A stretch of DNA of 64,000 nucleotides from Vitrella brassicaformis CCMP3155 (lineage: Eukaryota; Protista; Chromerida): assembly GCA_001179505.1 (NCBI GenBank), contig CDMY01000347.1, forward strand, positions 310,001-374,000, given 5' to 3'. The notes below the pieces were generated by a model that was given only the letters and a program-made list of their open reading frames with translations, had not been told where the DNA came from and did not search any database. Of the stretch, positions 24,985-37,123 are shown one piece after another. Positions within the stretch are counted from its first letter, which is position 1, and each line of letters begins with the position of its first letter. The translations under genes and the position numbers were made by a program.

Positions 24985-26761
24985 ATGATGCCGCCTCCCC
25001 TCCCTGCCGCAGACCACCCATCTTCTCGTCTGCAGCTGACATCCGATGTGGTGCGGTCGTTGTGTGTGGCGTGGGTCAGCCGGGAGGGCACGGTGCAGCG
25101 CAAAGGCCTCGACTTCTCTCCGGACGACGGATCTTTCCTCCTGGCCCCGACCATGATCGATGTCCACGTCTACCGAACGACCCTGCACCACACAGACGAG
25201 CCCAAGTAAGTACGTACGCGAGCAGACAGAAGGAGATCTGCACTGACTGACCGATTTGTTTGTTTGTTTGGTTGCGTGTTTGGTTCTGTGTTGCAGGTTG
25301 GTTCAGCGGCTGCCGTCGGGTCACCTGGGGATAGCTGCGGCGCGGTTCACACGCCGCGGGCCGCAGCACATCCTCACGGCACCCGCCAACCAGGAGGACG
25401 GTGCGACGCACGTTAGTCACTCAAGGGCGTCGTCCATTGCTTGCTGTTTGCAGCCTCTCTGCGGCTATGGGATTTGCAGTTGAACCTCTACACGCGGATC
25501 TTCCCGCTACCAGCGCCGTGAGTGAGCAAACCATGAGGAGGGAGGGCCTTCTCGTCTCGTCTTGCGAGTGAATGATTCTCCCCGTTTGTGTTGTGTACCG
25601 TACCCCAGTGCTGTTCACCTGGCGATGCACCCAAGTAAAGACCTGGTGCTGGCCTGCTGTGCCGACTCGTGTGTGCGCCTGTTCAGCCTCAACGACACGC
25701 AGCCATTGGTGGGGTGGGGCGGGGGCCTGGAAGGGGGGCGGCACCCCTGAGCTTAGCTTATAGATGGCGTCGGTTGCATGGCGTGTAGGCCCGTTTTGCG
25801 TCTCACTCGTCCCCGCCTGCTGCTGCTTTCGACAAGGAAGGTGGGATGAGATGAGCAGTGAGTGCTGCAACGCAACGCAACGCTGCTTATCCGCTGCTCT
25901 CTGCGTGTGTGGGGATGTTGATCAGGCATTGTGTTCGCCTGTGAGTGAAGGGCGGGGCGTCTTGTGCCGCTCTCTACAGCTGACTGCAATTGATGCCTGT
26001 CTGTCGCAGGTGCCTCTGGCCGACAGGTGCATCTTTTCGACACCAATTCCTACAAGGAGGTACGAGAAGATGCCTGTGGAGTCTGTGCACTCTCACTCTG
26101 CGGCCTCAGAGCGCATTTGCCGGCTTCGATCTCTCCGACCGACTGCCCCGACACGCACACATAACGGTACACCCCCCCTCTCCACACATACACACACACG
26201 CACAGAGTCTCACGGAGGTGTCCCATTCGGTGTGTTGCAGAGTTTGCTGTTCAGTCCAGCGGCGGACCACCTGCTGGTCGGCGCCAGCACCTCAGACCTG
26301 CTGCTGCTCGACGCCATATATGGGCGGACACTCAACGCTCTCAGGGGCTCCTCATATGACATTGAGAATGGGAGCGCCAGCAGGACCACCCCACCCCCAC
26401 CCCCCGCAGCATTCTCCCCTGATGGACAATTCGTTTTCTGCGGTGGGTGAGGGAACGAACGCCTAAATATATGTGTGTGTCCGTATTTCTTTCTGTGTAT
26501 GTGTGCAGGGAGTGACGAGAGCCCGTCACTGGATGTGTGGGAGGCGCTGGGAGGGCGGGTCGGGCGGCTCGACGGCCACACGCAGCAGCCGCGGTTTTTG
26601 GCGTTCCACCCCACCAGAGCTGTCTTGGCATCAGGTGGGCGGGGCGGCTGGGCAGTGGGCAAACAGTACATCGCCTTGCGAGTATGTGTGTGTGTGTCTT
26701 ATGTGGTGTGTGTGCAGCTTCATGTGACGTGGCCTTGTGGCTGCCGAAGACGCCTCCGTGA
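24985..26761 (+). CDS. WDR82: WD40 protein, WDR82/Swd2-like (COMPASS/PP1 subunit); multi-exon
   Basis: Motifs GLDFSPDDG, SLRLWDL, VHLFDTNSYK, LLFSPAADHLLV, LLLDAIYG, AAFSPDGQFVFCG, RLDGHTQQPRFLAFHPTRAVLAS and a terminal VALWLP, which match the Swd2/WDR82 layout. Confidence 0.75.
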
Positions 26762-27369
26762 ATATATCGAGCTGCATGTTTCTTTGTTGCCACTCATCTG
26801 GAAGTGTCACATACAGAACCGTTATGCAAAGTCGTGATGACGAGGCGATGGGTGTGTATCATTTTGGTTGGTTGGTTGGTGGCTTGCTCGCCTTGTCCAG
26901 ATACTTGGCATGCTGGCATCCACACTTGTGCTCATGTGTGGGTGTCGACGTGCCGAGGCTGTGGGCGAGACGAGCAAGGGCCCAGGGGGAGGGGAAACTG
27001 AGTGGCATCGCTGAGCAGACCGACATTGTACATATCACGAGGCGTGTACTGTATGTGCGTCACGTTTGTTTGAGAAAGCCATTTTGGTCGCGCCAAAGAT
27101 CTTAAGAAAAGCCACATGGTGAATGACAGTCCAGTCTCCCCACTCCACCATGCACCGCCAGCCCTCATTTCCCCCGTCAGCCACCCCTCGCAGCAAACAC
27201 ACCACAGCACAGTACAGCAAAGGCCCCCCATATCACTTCTCTGTGTGAGCGAGCGTCTCTGGTCAGAGTGCAGTGCATATCAATCGTCAAAGCAATGGTT
27301 CAAGCAAACTGTTGAAGCAACTCGGCCAGGATTGACTGTGTTGTGTTGTGTTGTGTTGTGTGGGTTCAA

Positions 27370-29020
27370 TCATGAGACATGGAATCCCGTGCGGCAGCCG
27401 GGCGAGCATGCAGAGCACTTGTTGCAGCACGTCCAGTACTTGGCACCTACACACACACACACACACACAAATGATTGATAGGGACTCCTCTCCCCCCTCT
27501 CTGTCTGCGATTGACTGTGTGTGTCCGTGTGTGTGTGTATACCTCCGCACGACATGCATGAGAAAAACTTGATCTTCCCGGGATGGTATGTGCAGGCATT
27601 CTGAACCCCCCCACCATACACACAGACGCACAGAGACAGAGACATTCTCAATCCACGCCCTCCCTCCCTCCCTCCCTCCCTTGGCTCCCCGTCTCACCTC
27701 CCTCCCTCCTTACGGCATGGTTCTCAGCCAGTCTGTAGGTCTGCTCGCACCGGATGCACACCCGGTCCTCGTCCACCACACCCTTCAACCGCCGATTCTC
27801 CTCCCGCAGCGCCTCCACCTCCCCCTTCAGCCCATAGCTGCGCTCCAGGGCCTCCTTCAGGCTCCACTGGTGCACAGCCACACACTGCTCCACCGACCTC
27901 ACAAACGCCTCGAGCGCCTCCTGGGCCGTCTTGGGGGGCTTGCTATCTCTGGTGGTGTCTCGGGGGGGAGGGATGACGGTCGGCACCTGCACTCGCGCGT
28001 CGCCCAGCATTGGGGCGGTGGAAGTGAGGTCGTCGCCCAGGCCGGTGATGCCCCGGACGAGTGACGACTGCAGGGCGGCCTCTGGCGGAGCGTCGTGGTA
28101 TGAGGACCGACGACGGCCTGACGAAACAAAAGAGACACAATCAATCCCTGCGTGTGATCCGCTTCCCTTCCCTCCCCCGATAGACTCAATCGATGGGATT
28201 CGCTTACTTGACTTGGCGTCCCCTTGTCTGCCCCCCGCCGCCCCCCCGCCCTTGCCGCCCATCCCTCCCATGTCGGTGTCTGGCGAGAGTCCATACGACT
28301 TGATGAAGTCCTCAAGGATGGCAAAGGACGACGAGCGGCGCACCTGTGCCACAGACTGGCGCGGCATCGGCTGGAGGTCGCCTCTGGGGGGCGGCGGAGC
28401 CTTGCCCTGCGCGCCAGGCCCTGCGCCCTTCTTCTTTGCTGCCGCCTTTGACTTGTCTGGTGTTGTTGTCGCGGGTTGGAGCTGCGGCTGTTGGGGGAAG
28501 GCTGGCTGTGTGTTTGTGCTCTGTGCGAGGGGGGAGGGCTGGGATGGGGGAGGGCAGTGGAGCTTGGCGAACGTGCAGAATGTCTCGAGTCTGCTGCGCC
28601 AGGGGGCAGTGCTCTCCAGGTCCTCCTTCAAGCCCTGCAGACACAAAGGGACAAATGGGCGTTTCTGCATGCACTGTCTGCACGCCCTCTCCCCTCCCTC
28701 CCTCTCACCAGTAGGTCCTCCTGTGTTCTGACGATACCCTCCTGCAAAGCCTTCTCCCGCCTGGCCATGTCCTCCCGCAACCGCCCCAGCTGCTCTTCCC
28801 GCGCCTTGACCCGCTCCTCCACCTCACCCAACTCATACTTGGACCGCAACGACGCCTCAGCCTCCATACTGGCACGCAGCTCAGCGTCCTTGAGCTGACG
28901 CTGTACCCTGTCCAGCTCCACACGCAGGCTCTCCACATCGCCTGAGGCTCCCCCACCAACATGATGCTTCTTCTGCGGCGAAGTCGGGACGGAAAGCGGC
29001 TGGCGTCCTCCACCTCTCAT
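27370..29020 (-). CDS. Coiled-coil protein with a C-terminal Cys/His zinc-binding motif (BTK/Tec-homology-like)
   Basis: N-terminal coiled coil (LRVELDRVQRQLKDAE...). Spliced C-terminus: CIRCEQTYRLAENHA-CTYHPGKIKFFSCMSCG-AKYWTCCNKCSACSPGCRTGFHVS*. Confidence 0.65.
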
Positions 29021-29141
29021 TTTTTCTCAGTCTGAGCAACAGCCGAGAAAAAGGGGGCGGAGGGCAGAAAGTCTCAAAAAAAAAAAAGCTCGCAATCGTC
29101 GAAACACGCTCGCAATTGCCGAAGAGGGTGCCGCGTTCACG
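29021..29141. promoter_or_regulatory. 121-bp bidirectional promoter region between the coiled-coil/Zn gene and RPL11
   Basis: Divergent ATGs at 29020 and 29142. The spacer has an A-tract and two GCTCGCAAT copies (29086-29096 and 29108-29116). Confidence 0.6.
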
Positions 29142-30275
29142 ATGGTGAGTGAGCCACGGAAAGCATAGGCAGTCAAGAAGAAGCCAGATCTGTGCTGACA
29201 AGCGGCCCAGACAGACCTTGGAGGCAGGCAGCGAGGGGTGTGGCCGAGTGAGGGCGTCCATCAGGCAGAGGAGATGCTGTGTGTACCAGCGAGGCCAGAT
29301 CAGCAGGCTGCGTGCGCTCGGCGACATCTGTCTGGTGTGTGGGGTGTGTTTGTGGCGTCTGTTGTGTTGTGTGTGCAGGGGGAGAAGAAGGACAACCCCA
29401 TGCGGGAGATCCGCATCTCCAAGCTCGTCCTCAACATCTCTGTCGGAGAGGTATGTATCACACAGACACACACAAACAGTGGACACGCCTCACTCAGATG
29501 CCCGCCCTTGCCTGTCTGGTTGTCTGCAGTCTGGTGATCGTCTCACACGCGCCGCCAGGGTGCTGGAGCAGCTGACAGGACAGAACCCTGTCTACTCAAA
29601 AGGTGCGCGTCTGTGAACAAATCCGATGGACACATCACATGTCATACGGTCGGTGTCCGCGTGTGTGTGGGATTGGGTGCGATGTCCTGCAGCTCGTTTC
29701 ACCATCCGTAGCTTTGGTGTGCGTCGTAACGAGAAGATCGCCTGCCACGTCACTGTCCGGGGCGAGCGGGCGGCAGAGATCCTCGAGCGAGGCCTCAAGG
29801 TCAAGGAATACGAGCTCGTCCAGAGGAACTTCTCTAACAACGGTCAGCTGCTTCTGGTGCAGATGTGTGTGCTTCTTGTGTGTGTTCGATCCTCATAGCT
29901 ATGATTGATGTTGTGTGTTCTCATGTGATGTGATGCTGCTGCACTGCAGGCAACTTTGGCTTTGGCATTCAGGAGCACATCGACCTGGGCATCAAATACG
30001 ACCCCTCGACCGGTGAGTGAGTGGGGTGGGTGACACGGCCACCATACCATCCCCCTGCTGCACTGCAGTGTGCAGCCGCTAATGCCGAATCACTTGCCTG
30101 AGTGTGTGCAGGTATCTACGGTATGGATTTCTACGTGCACCTGTCCCGCCCGGGTCACCGCGTGGCGACCCGCCGGCGCAAGACGGCGAGCGTCGGCCAC
30201 TCGCACCGCATCACCAAGGATGACGCCATGAACTGGTTCAAGGACAAATACGAAGGCGTCATCCTCGCCAAGTGA
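29142..30275 (+). CDS. RPL11: 60S ribosomal protein L11 (uL5); first exon is ATG only
   Basis: [91 protein letters not shown]. Confidence 0.97.
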
Positions 30276-30623
30276 TCGGGGCACATGACCGGGTGGGTGG
30301 GTGTGGGCGGTCGGTGTGGTGGCTTTCCAGCGCCTGTCTGCCTCTCTGCCTTGATGGATGGATGAATGGATGGGTGCTGGTGGGTGTGGTGTGTCGACAA
30401 CGAACCGAACCGATGTGACGCGTTTCGTGTTCTTGTTAATGGAATGGATGCGATGCATTGATTGATCATGTGTTGATCGCACCAACATGCACAGCGTGCA
30501 CCAGAGGCATGAAAACACCTGGATGGCACCAACTCATGAAGGCCTCGCTTCATCAAACAGCGTCCTGGACGTTCTCTCACACAAACAAAACCTCGCGTCG
30601 CATGGCGTCCGTGCGCGCCGTGG

Positions 30624-31548
30624 TTATGACGTGGTGGTGGTGGTGGTGGTTTGCTGCTGCTCCTGTTCCAGCTTCTTGCTCTCAGCGAGGATCTCGTCGT
30701 TGGTGAGCATCCTGTGGCTGACCTTGCCGTCCTTGACGGTCAGCACGGCGAACTCGCACTTGTCGCTGGTGAGGCTCGAGCTCTCGGTTGTCTTGAGCAG
30801 CACCTTGGCCGCCAGGTGCACCGCCTCGTCGAGCGCCATGTCCTCCTTCCAGTCCTGCACACACAACACACAGCACGGCCCTCCCCTGTCTGTGTGTGTG
30901 TGTGTGAGAATGGCAGAGCAGGGCAGAGCGGACGGACCTGTTTGAGCATGGGGACCGCCGAGCTGTAGTTGTTGCCGATGGCTGTGGCTTTCCAGCCGGT
31001 GTAGTTGCCCGCGGGGTCCGACTGGTACAGCTGAAAGCCAAAGTGGCGGTCCCATCCCGCAAACATAAACGACACGCCGAACGGACGCAGACCGCCGAAC
31101 TGCGTGTATTGCTGACAGGCAGACAGACAGACAGACAGATGGGCATCTGCGCATGTGTGAGGCAGAGGCCGCGTTAGGCTTGTGTGCGTACCTGTTTGTA
31201 GTCGCACAGCGAGACGACGAGCTGCTCGACGGGCTCGTTCTCGCCGTACCTGGAGAAGTAGTGCTGGGCGTTGATGCGTGCCCGGTTGACGAGTGCGTTT
31301 GCGTCGCTGGTGAGGCCGGCCACCGCCACAATGACGTGGTCATCGATCTTGTAAACCTTCTCGCCGCGCTTGCCGGGGTCGACGAGCTTGGTGGTCTCTT
31401 TCTTCTCGCCCGCCAGCACCACCCCGTCCTTGGCCTGAATGCCGATGACCGACCCCGCGTGGCTGATGGCCTCGATGGCGTACTCGACCTGATGCAGGCG
31501 GCCCTCGGGCGAAAAGGTCGTCGTCCGCTGGTCGTACCGCCGCGCCAT
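30624..31548 (-). CDS. PSMA4: 20S proteasome subunit alpha type-4 (alpha3); 3 exons
   Basis: [32 protein letters not shown]...[20 protein letters not shown]...[22 protein letters not shown]. Confidence 0.95.
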
Positions 31549-31783
31549 CGATGGATCTGTGGATCAGACGGGAGAGGGCTGACTCAATGCGCCGCGCGGC
31601 ACGACACGACACGACACGAGGAGAGAGATGCGACGTGTTGCAAGCGAGGCCGCTGCAAATGGCGAACAGGTGCACACGGGGTCTCGCTACTCTCCTTCAC
31701 CGCAGTACTTCAATGCTTCAGTTTCAAGCTTGCTGCTCCCTGAAACCGATCCGCCGTTCGACAGTTCGCAATTGGGAAGAGAA

Positions 31784-33124
31784 ATGGCCATTGGGAACGC
31801 TCCGGCTGACGACGTGTCTGGCGCGAGCGCCACGACGTCAAAAAAATGGGAGAAGGTGGTCGACAAGGAAGAGATCTGTTCTGAAAAACTCGCCTACTCA
31901 TGGGCAGCTGCCGCAGAGCAACGGCGAGTCGGGAGGATAGATATCGGCGAGTCACAGGACGCCTTCGTCCTGACCGATGTGCTCGCGGCAGGTGAGTGCG
32001 AGTTTCTCATCAGCGCGACTGAAGAAGCTGGGTACACCTTCTGGGTAAGAAAAACGCCACACAGCGGGCCGCCATCTCCGATGTCCGTGTGCCTGCAGAT
32101 CGGTCATTGTCAATGTGTCTGTTGTGCGTGTCAGGACACTTCAGCCAATCCATCGAGTGATTTTAGGAGCGCATGGACCTGCGAGGTGACCAATACAGCC
32201 CTCGCAGCTGCAGTGTGGGTGAGCAGGCGGGCGATGTGACAGCATGGCTCGGTGTGCACTGTTTCAATGTGTGTGTGTGATGCAGGAGAGGGTCAAGGAT
32301 CACGTCGTCCTGGAGATAACTTTCGACAATGAAGATGATGAGCGGTTCGAGAGGGACCTCCGCGGCACGTGGGTTGCCTGCGGCGTCAACGAGAACCTCC
32401 TCTTTGCCCGCTACTCGGACGGTGGTCATTTTGGGCCGCACTCGGACGGCTGCACAGTGGTTGATATCAACCACCGGTCACTTTTTCCCCTGCTGCTCTA
32501 TCTCAACACACCCGAAGGTAAGGTGAGGCGGGGCATCCACGTGCCATCTCTGTGTATGCGGGATGTGTGTGGCGCTGTGTGTGTGTGCTTTATCCAGGTG
32601 GTGGCGAGACGGTCATCATCAAGGACGAGCAGAGGGAGTGCCCGATTCCCACTGACGCCCAGGGCAGATACACGGCTCGTGACGACCTGGTCATAGAGCG
32701 AGTGCCAGCCGTCCGGGGGAGAGCTCTCTGCTTCTACCAAACACAGGTGCGACGGTCAGGCGGGTGTGAAGCACTGCAGATAGCACCCAACGCCTTCCCC
32801 TGTGCGCTGCTGTGTTCAGATGCATGAGGGTGCGGCCGTGGCTGAGGGCGCGGAGAAATACGTCATCCGAAGCGACGTCATGTATCGCAGAAAGGTGGGT
32901 GACAACACACGAACGAATACATCACACGATGTGTCATCCATTCACTGTCACGCTCTGCCTTCACACAGGACCCCATATTGACATCGCCTGAGGACCGTGA
33001 GGCTTTTGCGCTGTGGCAAGAGGCGCAGCTGTTGGCCGAGAAGGGCGAGATAGAAGAGGCCCAGCGGAAGTTCAGGCGTTGCTTCAAGCTGTCTCGAGGG
33101 CTGGCGGAGCTGTATGGCATGTGA
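31784..33124 (+). CDS. 2-oxoglutarate/Fe(II)-dependent oxygenase (prolyl-4-hydroxylase-like) with a short C-terminal TPR-like helix pair
   Basis: FVLTDVLAAGECEFLI; HxD motif in RYSDGGHFGPHSDG; LLLYLN; GGET; distal His in MHEG; KYVIRSDVMY. Confidence 0.85.
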
Positions 33125-33301
33125 TCGACCTGACCTCGTGTAATGTGTATTGTGTATATGTGTGTGGATGGACTATTGAGTGAATGGACGTACGTATTTG
33201 TCGATGGGATCGATAACACACAGAGAACAGACAGGCAGAGAAGCAGAGAAGCAAGCAAACAAGCGGAGACGGCTACGGTGATTTGATTGTCTGACGTCAC
33301 G

Positions 33302-34131
33302 ATGCTGTCTGCCCGCCTGTGCTTCGCTTTGATTCTGTTCCTCGCTGTGTCGACGTCGTCCGTCTCGGCCAATGACGTGTCGACGTTGCGTCGGATCTTC
33401 AATGAGGTTGTCTCGACAGCCTTCCGCCCAATCAAGTGAACACATTGCATAAGTCGATGATGACTGACAGTGTGTGCACTTTTGTGTCAGTGCCCAGCTG
33501 AATTTGGACGCCATGGGCCGGTACCCCACAGCGAAACCCGTCGCCATGCAGGGAGGTCAGCCCGCGTCAATGAGAGAGGCAGAGACAGGGACACAGCAGA
33601 TCTGTGTGCCTGTGTGTGGTTTGTGCAGCGCTGAGCAGTTTGTCTGGCGGCTCGTTTGTCGAGGTGGCCGCAGCGTCCCGCCAGGCGTCTGATGCACTCA
33701 GCGTGACGCCCGAAGACGTCCGCAAACAACTCAAGGAGTGTAAGCAACGACTGACACAGTGGGCGTGGCGTCCATGTGTGTCTCTCTGTGTTGGTCGCAT
33801 GTGCGATGACAAGTCTCGATGGCTACACGGCCCCGCTGCTGAGTGCTCTGAGTCTGACATCGCCCACCGGCGAACTCCGGCCCGCTGACTTTGCTGACAG
33901 CACAGCCGCGGAGGACACACAAGTACAAGTGCAAGTGCCCCCGCCAACACAGACAGAGACACAGCCGCCAGCTGCGGCCGTGATGCAGCCCACGCAGCAA
34001 AGTAAGCCCACGTCTGCATGGATGTATGTGCGTGACTTATGTTGTTGATGGTGTGTGTGTGCCTCGTGTGTGCAGTGCCTTTGTTCCGAAGCCGGCATGT
34101 GGCCGTGAACGTGTCGGCACACACACAATAG
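33302..34131 (+). CDS. Putative secreted hypothetical protein; multi-exon, 3' end uncertain
   Basis: Signal-peptide-like MLSARLCFALILFLAVSTSSVSA. Exons join in frame: NAQLNLDAMGRYPTAKPVAMQG-ALSSLSGGSFVEV...KQLKE-SLDGYTAPLL... Confidence 0.55.
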
Positions 34132-34553
34132 ACAGAACGAGGGAGACATCATCGAGCGAGAGAGAGAAGACAGACTGACACACAGACAAATGTGCGTGCC
34201 CAGGCGCTGAGTGCATCCATGGCTGTGAGACGACACACGTGTGTGCGTGATGTCTGTCGATGCCAACGCAAGACTAAGTGTGCAACAATCAGTCCATCTA
34301 AATCCTCATGATAGAAGGGGCCACGAAGAACACACTGCCAGGTGCGGCAGCAGCAGGGGACCGACGGCATGGGGGAGAGTCAAGAGGACAGCAGGCAGCC
34401 ACATCGCTGCCTTCAACCAGATCTGTACTGCCAACAAACTTTTGTCTCTGGTTGCCCCCTTCGTTAATGTGTGTAACGTGTGTAACGTTGCGTCCCATGT
34501 GGAGGAGGACCCTTGTCTGCGTCACCTCACTGACAGGTAATTTACTTGGCCAG
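33488..34553 (+). repeat. Left arm of an inverted duplication
   Basis: The reverse complement of 33488-33807 matches 36801-37123, and that of 34383-34553 matches 36331-36500, each with only a few substitutions. Confidence 0.9.
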
Positions 34554-35044
34554 CCAGGCAGCACAGCCGCGGAGGACACACACACACATTGCGGCAGCGG
34601 TCAGTGAGTGACACGCAAACTGCAGATGGGTCAACGCATCCATCGCTGTGTGAGAGAGAAGCATTGAAGAGGTGAATCGTGCTTGGTCTCCGCGGAATAG
34701 ACAGAAATACGTGGGAATGTTTACTGAACCAATATATGATAGCTAAAGCAGGAGAGCATGCCAGGCCATACACACGGACCTCTGCGGCTGCTGCTGCTGC
34801 TGCTGCTCTGCATGATTGTGCGACACTGACTGCAACGAGGCCGGCCGCTTGCAGTGTCGCACACTCGTGCAGACAGCCCGTGTGTGTGTCCTGTCTGTCC
34901 TCCATGCTCTCGGACGTTCCACATGTAGGTAAGAAATACCCACACACATACAGACGTCACCCGTGTGTGTCCGTGCTGTATATATTGGTTACGCATCTGT
35001 CCATACTGACTACGTGGGAACCGGTCCCTGCCGCCCTTCTATAC

Positions 35045-36145
35045 TTATTCCTCGTCCATTTCGGCGGACTCGTCCATTTCGGCGTACAGCTTGGCCAAGG
35101 CGTCCTTGTAGGACTCGGGTTCCACCTTATCGACACTCTCCTTCTTGCAGCACCACTCCACTCTACCCGCTTGGCGGTCGGTCACGGCATCGCACGCGAC
35201 CTTGCAGAACTCCTTGCTGCACTTACGGGACCACTGACAGTGTGACACCACACCACACCACACCACATCACACACACATATGGATGGATGGATGGATCCC
35301 CAATGTCCAATGCCCACCTTGTACATCACTTCCCTCGAATGCTTGAGGCCGTTCAGGCACGCCTGAACATTGATCACACCAGTGCAGTGCAGACCACGGC
35401 ACACACGTGTGGTGGATCGGCCCTTTGTTGAATCGTGGTTCTACGTATGGTTCGGTGTCGTCTGGACAGCTGGTCCTCTTTCCGGTTCCGCACCCCTCGC
35501 CACGGGCGGCGCCCAGGTGGTCATCCTGGAAGCGGACCTGACCTGATGAAAGGCAAACCAATACGTATCTGCATCCAGCCATCCATCCATCCACCACACA
35601 CCTACCCACCGGTTTTGGCCTTGTTGACGAGCTGCTGCTGGATGGTGTTGACGGCTTTGAGGGCGTCAGCGGTCATCTTGCTGGATGCCTTGACCATGTT
35701 CTTGGCCTGCTGCACCTTCTGCTGCGCGAGCGAAAACATCCGCTGCTTGCTGGACACGCCATACGTTGCCGACAGCTCTCCTGATCACACACACACACGC
35801 ACGCACACATACGTCGTCCTTCCATCCATCCATCCAACCACCTGCACACCTTCCTCAGTGTCGGTGTCATCGGTCTGTTGTTCGAAGATCTCCTCACTAC
35901 GGCTAAAAAACGACTCACCTGCACACACACACACATGAAGGCCAGCCGTATGTGAGCCATCCATGAGCGATGCGTGTGTGCTGCATAGATCTTTCAAAGA
36001 TCTGCCCACCTGAGCTGTCGGACGGGCCCTCGCAGTTCATGCCATACAGATCGCAGTCCTCATTCCGTCGAGCGGCGCCCACTGCGGCCGACATGGCCGC
36101 CGCGGCAATGAGGAGCGCATACGCCATGGTCGCCATGCCCGTCAT
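35045..36145 (-). CDS. Secreted cysteine-rich hypothetical protein; about 6 exons
   Basis: Signal peptide (MAYALLIAAAAMSAAVGA). Exons: CDLYGMNCEGPS; a Gln/Lys helix (LAQQKVQQAKNMVK); GCGTGKRTSCPDD; ACLNGLKHSRE; WSRKCSKEFCKVACD...WCCKK...AEMDESAEMDEE*. Confidence 0.65.
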
Positions 36146-36330
36146 CGCCCGCACTCTCCGTCTGACGTGGTCAACCGACGGCTGGTTCTTCTTCCGCCGA
36201 TCAGAACAACAAAGTCTTCCGCAACGAATCGCAAGGGAAGGGACTGGACTAATCGCAGGAATCCCGGATCTGCGAATCCCGGATCCCTGAATTGTTAGAT
36301 CACTCTGAGCTTGCGGATCGAAACTCCTTC

Positions 36331-37123
36331 CTGGCCAAGTAAATTACCTGTCAGTGAGGTGACGCAGACAAGGGTCCTCCTCCACATGGGACGCAACGTT
36401 ACACACGTTACACACATTAACGAAGGGGGCGACCAGAGACAAAAGTTTGTTGGCAGTACAGATCTGGTTGAAGGCAGCGATGTGGCTGCCTGCTGTCCTC
36501 NNNNNNNNNNNNNNNNNNNNNNNNNNNNNNNNNNNNNNNNNNNNNNNNNNNNNNNNNNNNNNNNNNNNNNNNNNNNNNNNNNNNNNNNNNNNNNNNNNNN
36601 NNNNNNNNNNNNNNNNNNNNNNNNNNNNNNNNNNNNNNNNNNNNNNNNNNNNNNNNNNNNNNNNNNNNNNNNNNNNNNNNNNNNNNNNNNNNNNNNNNNN
36701 NNNNNNNNNNNNNNNNNNNNNNNNNNNNNNNNNNNNNNNNNNNNNNNNNNNNNNNNNNNNNNNNNNNNNNNNNNNNNNNNNNNNNNNNNNNNNNNNNNNN
36801 GTCATCGCACATGCGACCAACACAGAGAGACACACATGGACGCCACGCCCACTGTGTCAGTCGTTGCTTACACTCCTTGAGTTGTTTGCGGACGTCTTCG
36901 GGCGTCACGCTGAGTGCATCAGACGCCTGGCGGGACGCTGCGGCCACCTCGACAAACGAGCCGCCAGACAAACTGCTCAGCGCTGCACAAACCACACACA
37001 GAGACACAGATCTGCTGTGTCTCTGTCTCTGCCTCTCTCACTGACGCGGGCTGACCTCCCTGCATGGCGACGGGTTTCTCTGTGGGGTACCGGCCCACGG
37101 CGTCCAAATTCAGCTGGGCACTG
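36331..37123 (-). repeat. Right arm of the inverted duplication (partial paralog of the 33302 gene; interrupted by a gap)
   Basis: Near-identical reverse complement of the 33488-34553 segments on both sides of the 36501-36800 gap. Confidence 0.9.
36501..36800. other. Assembly gap (300 N)
   Basis: Run of N. Confidence 1.

Noticed and set aside
33488-37123. Inverted arms as terminal inverted repeats of an autonomous DNA transposon
   Set aside because: The arms consist of spliced host-gene exons and introns, and no transposase or target-site duplication is evident.
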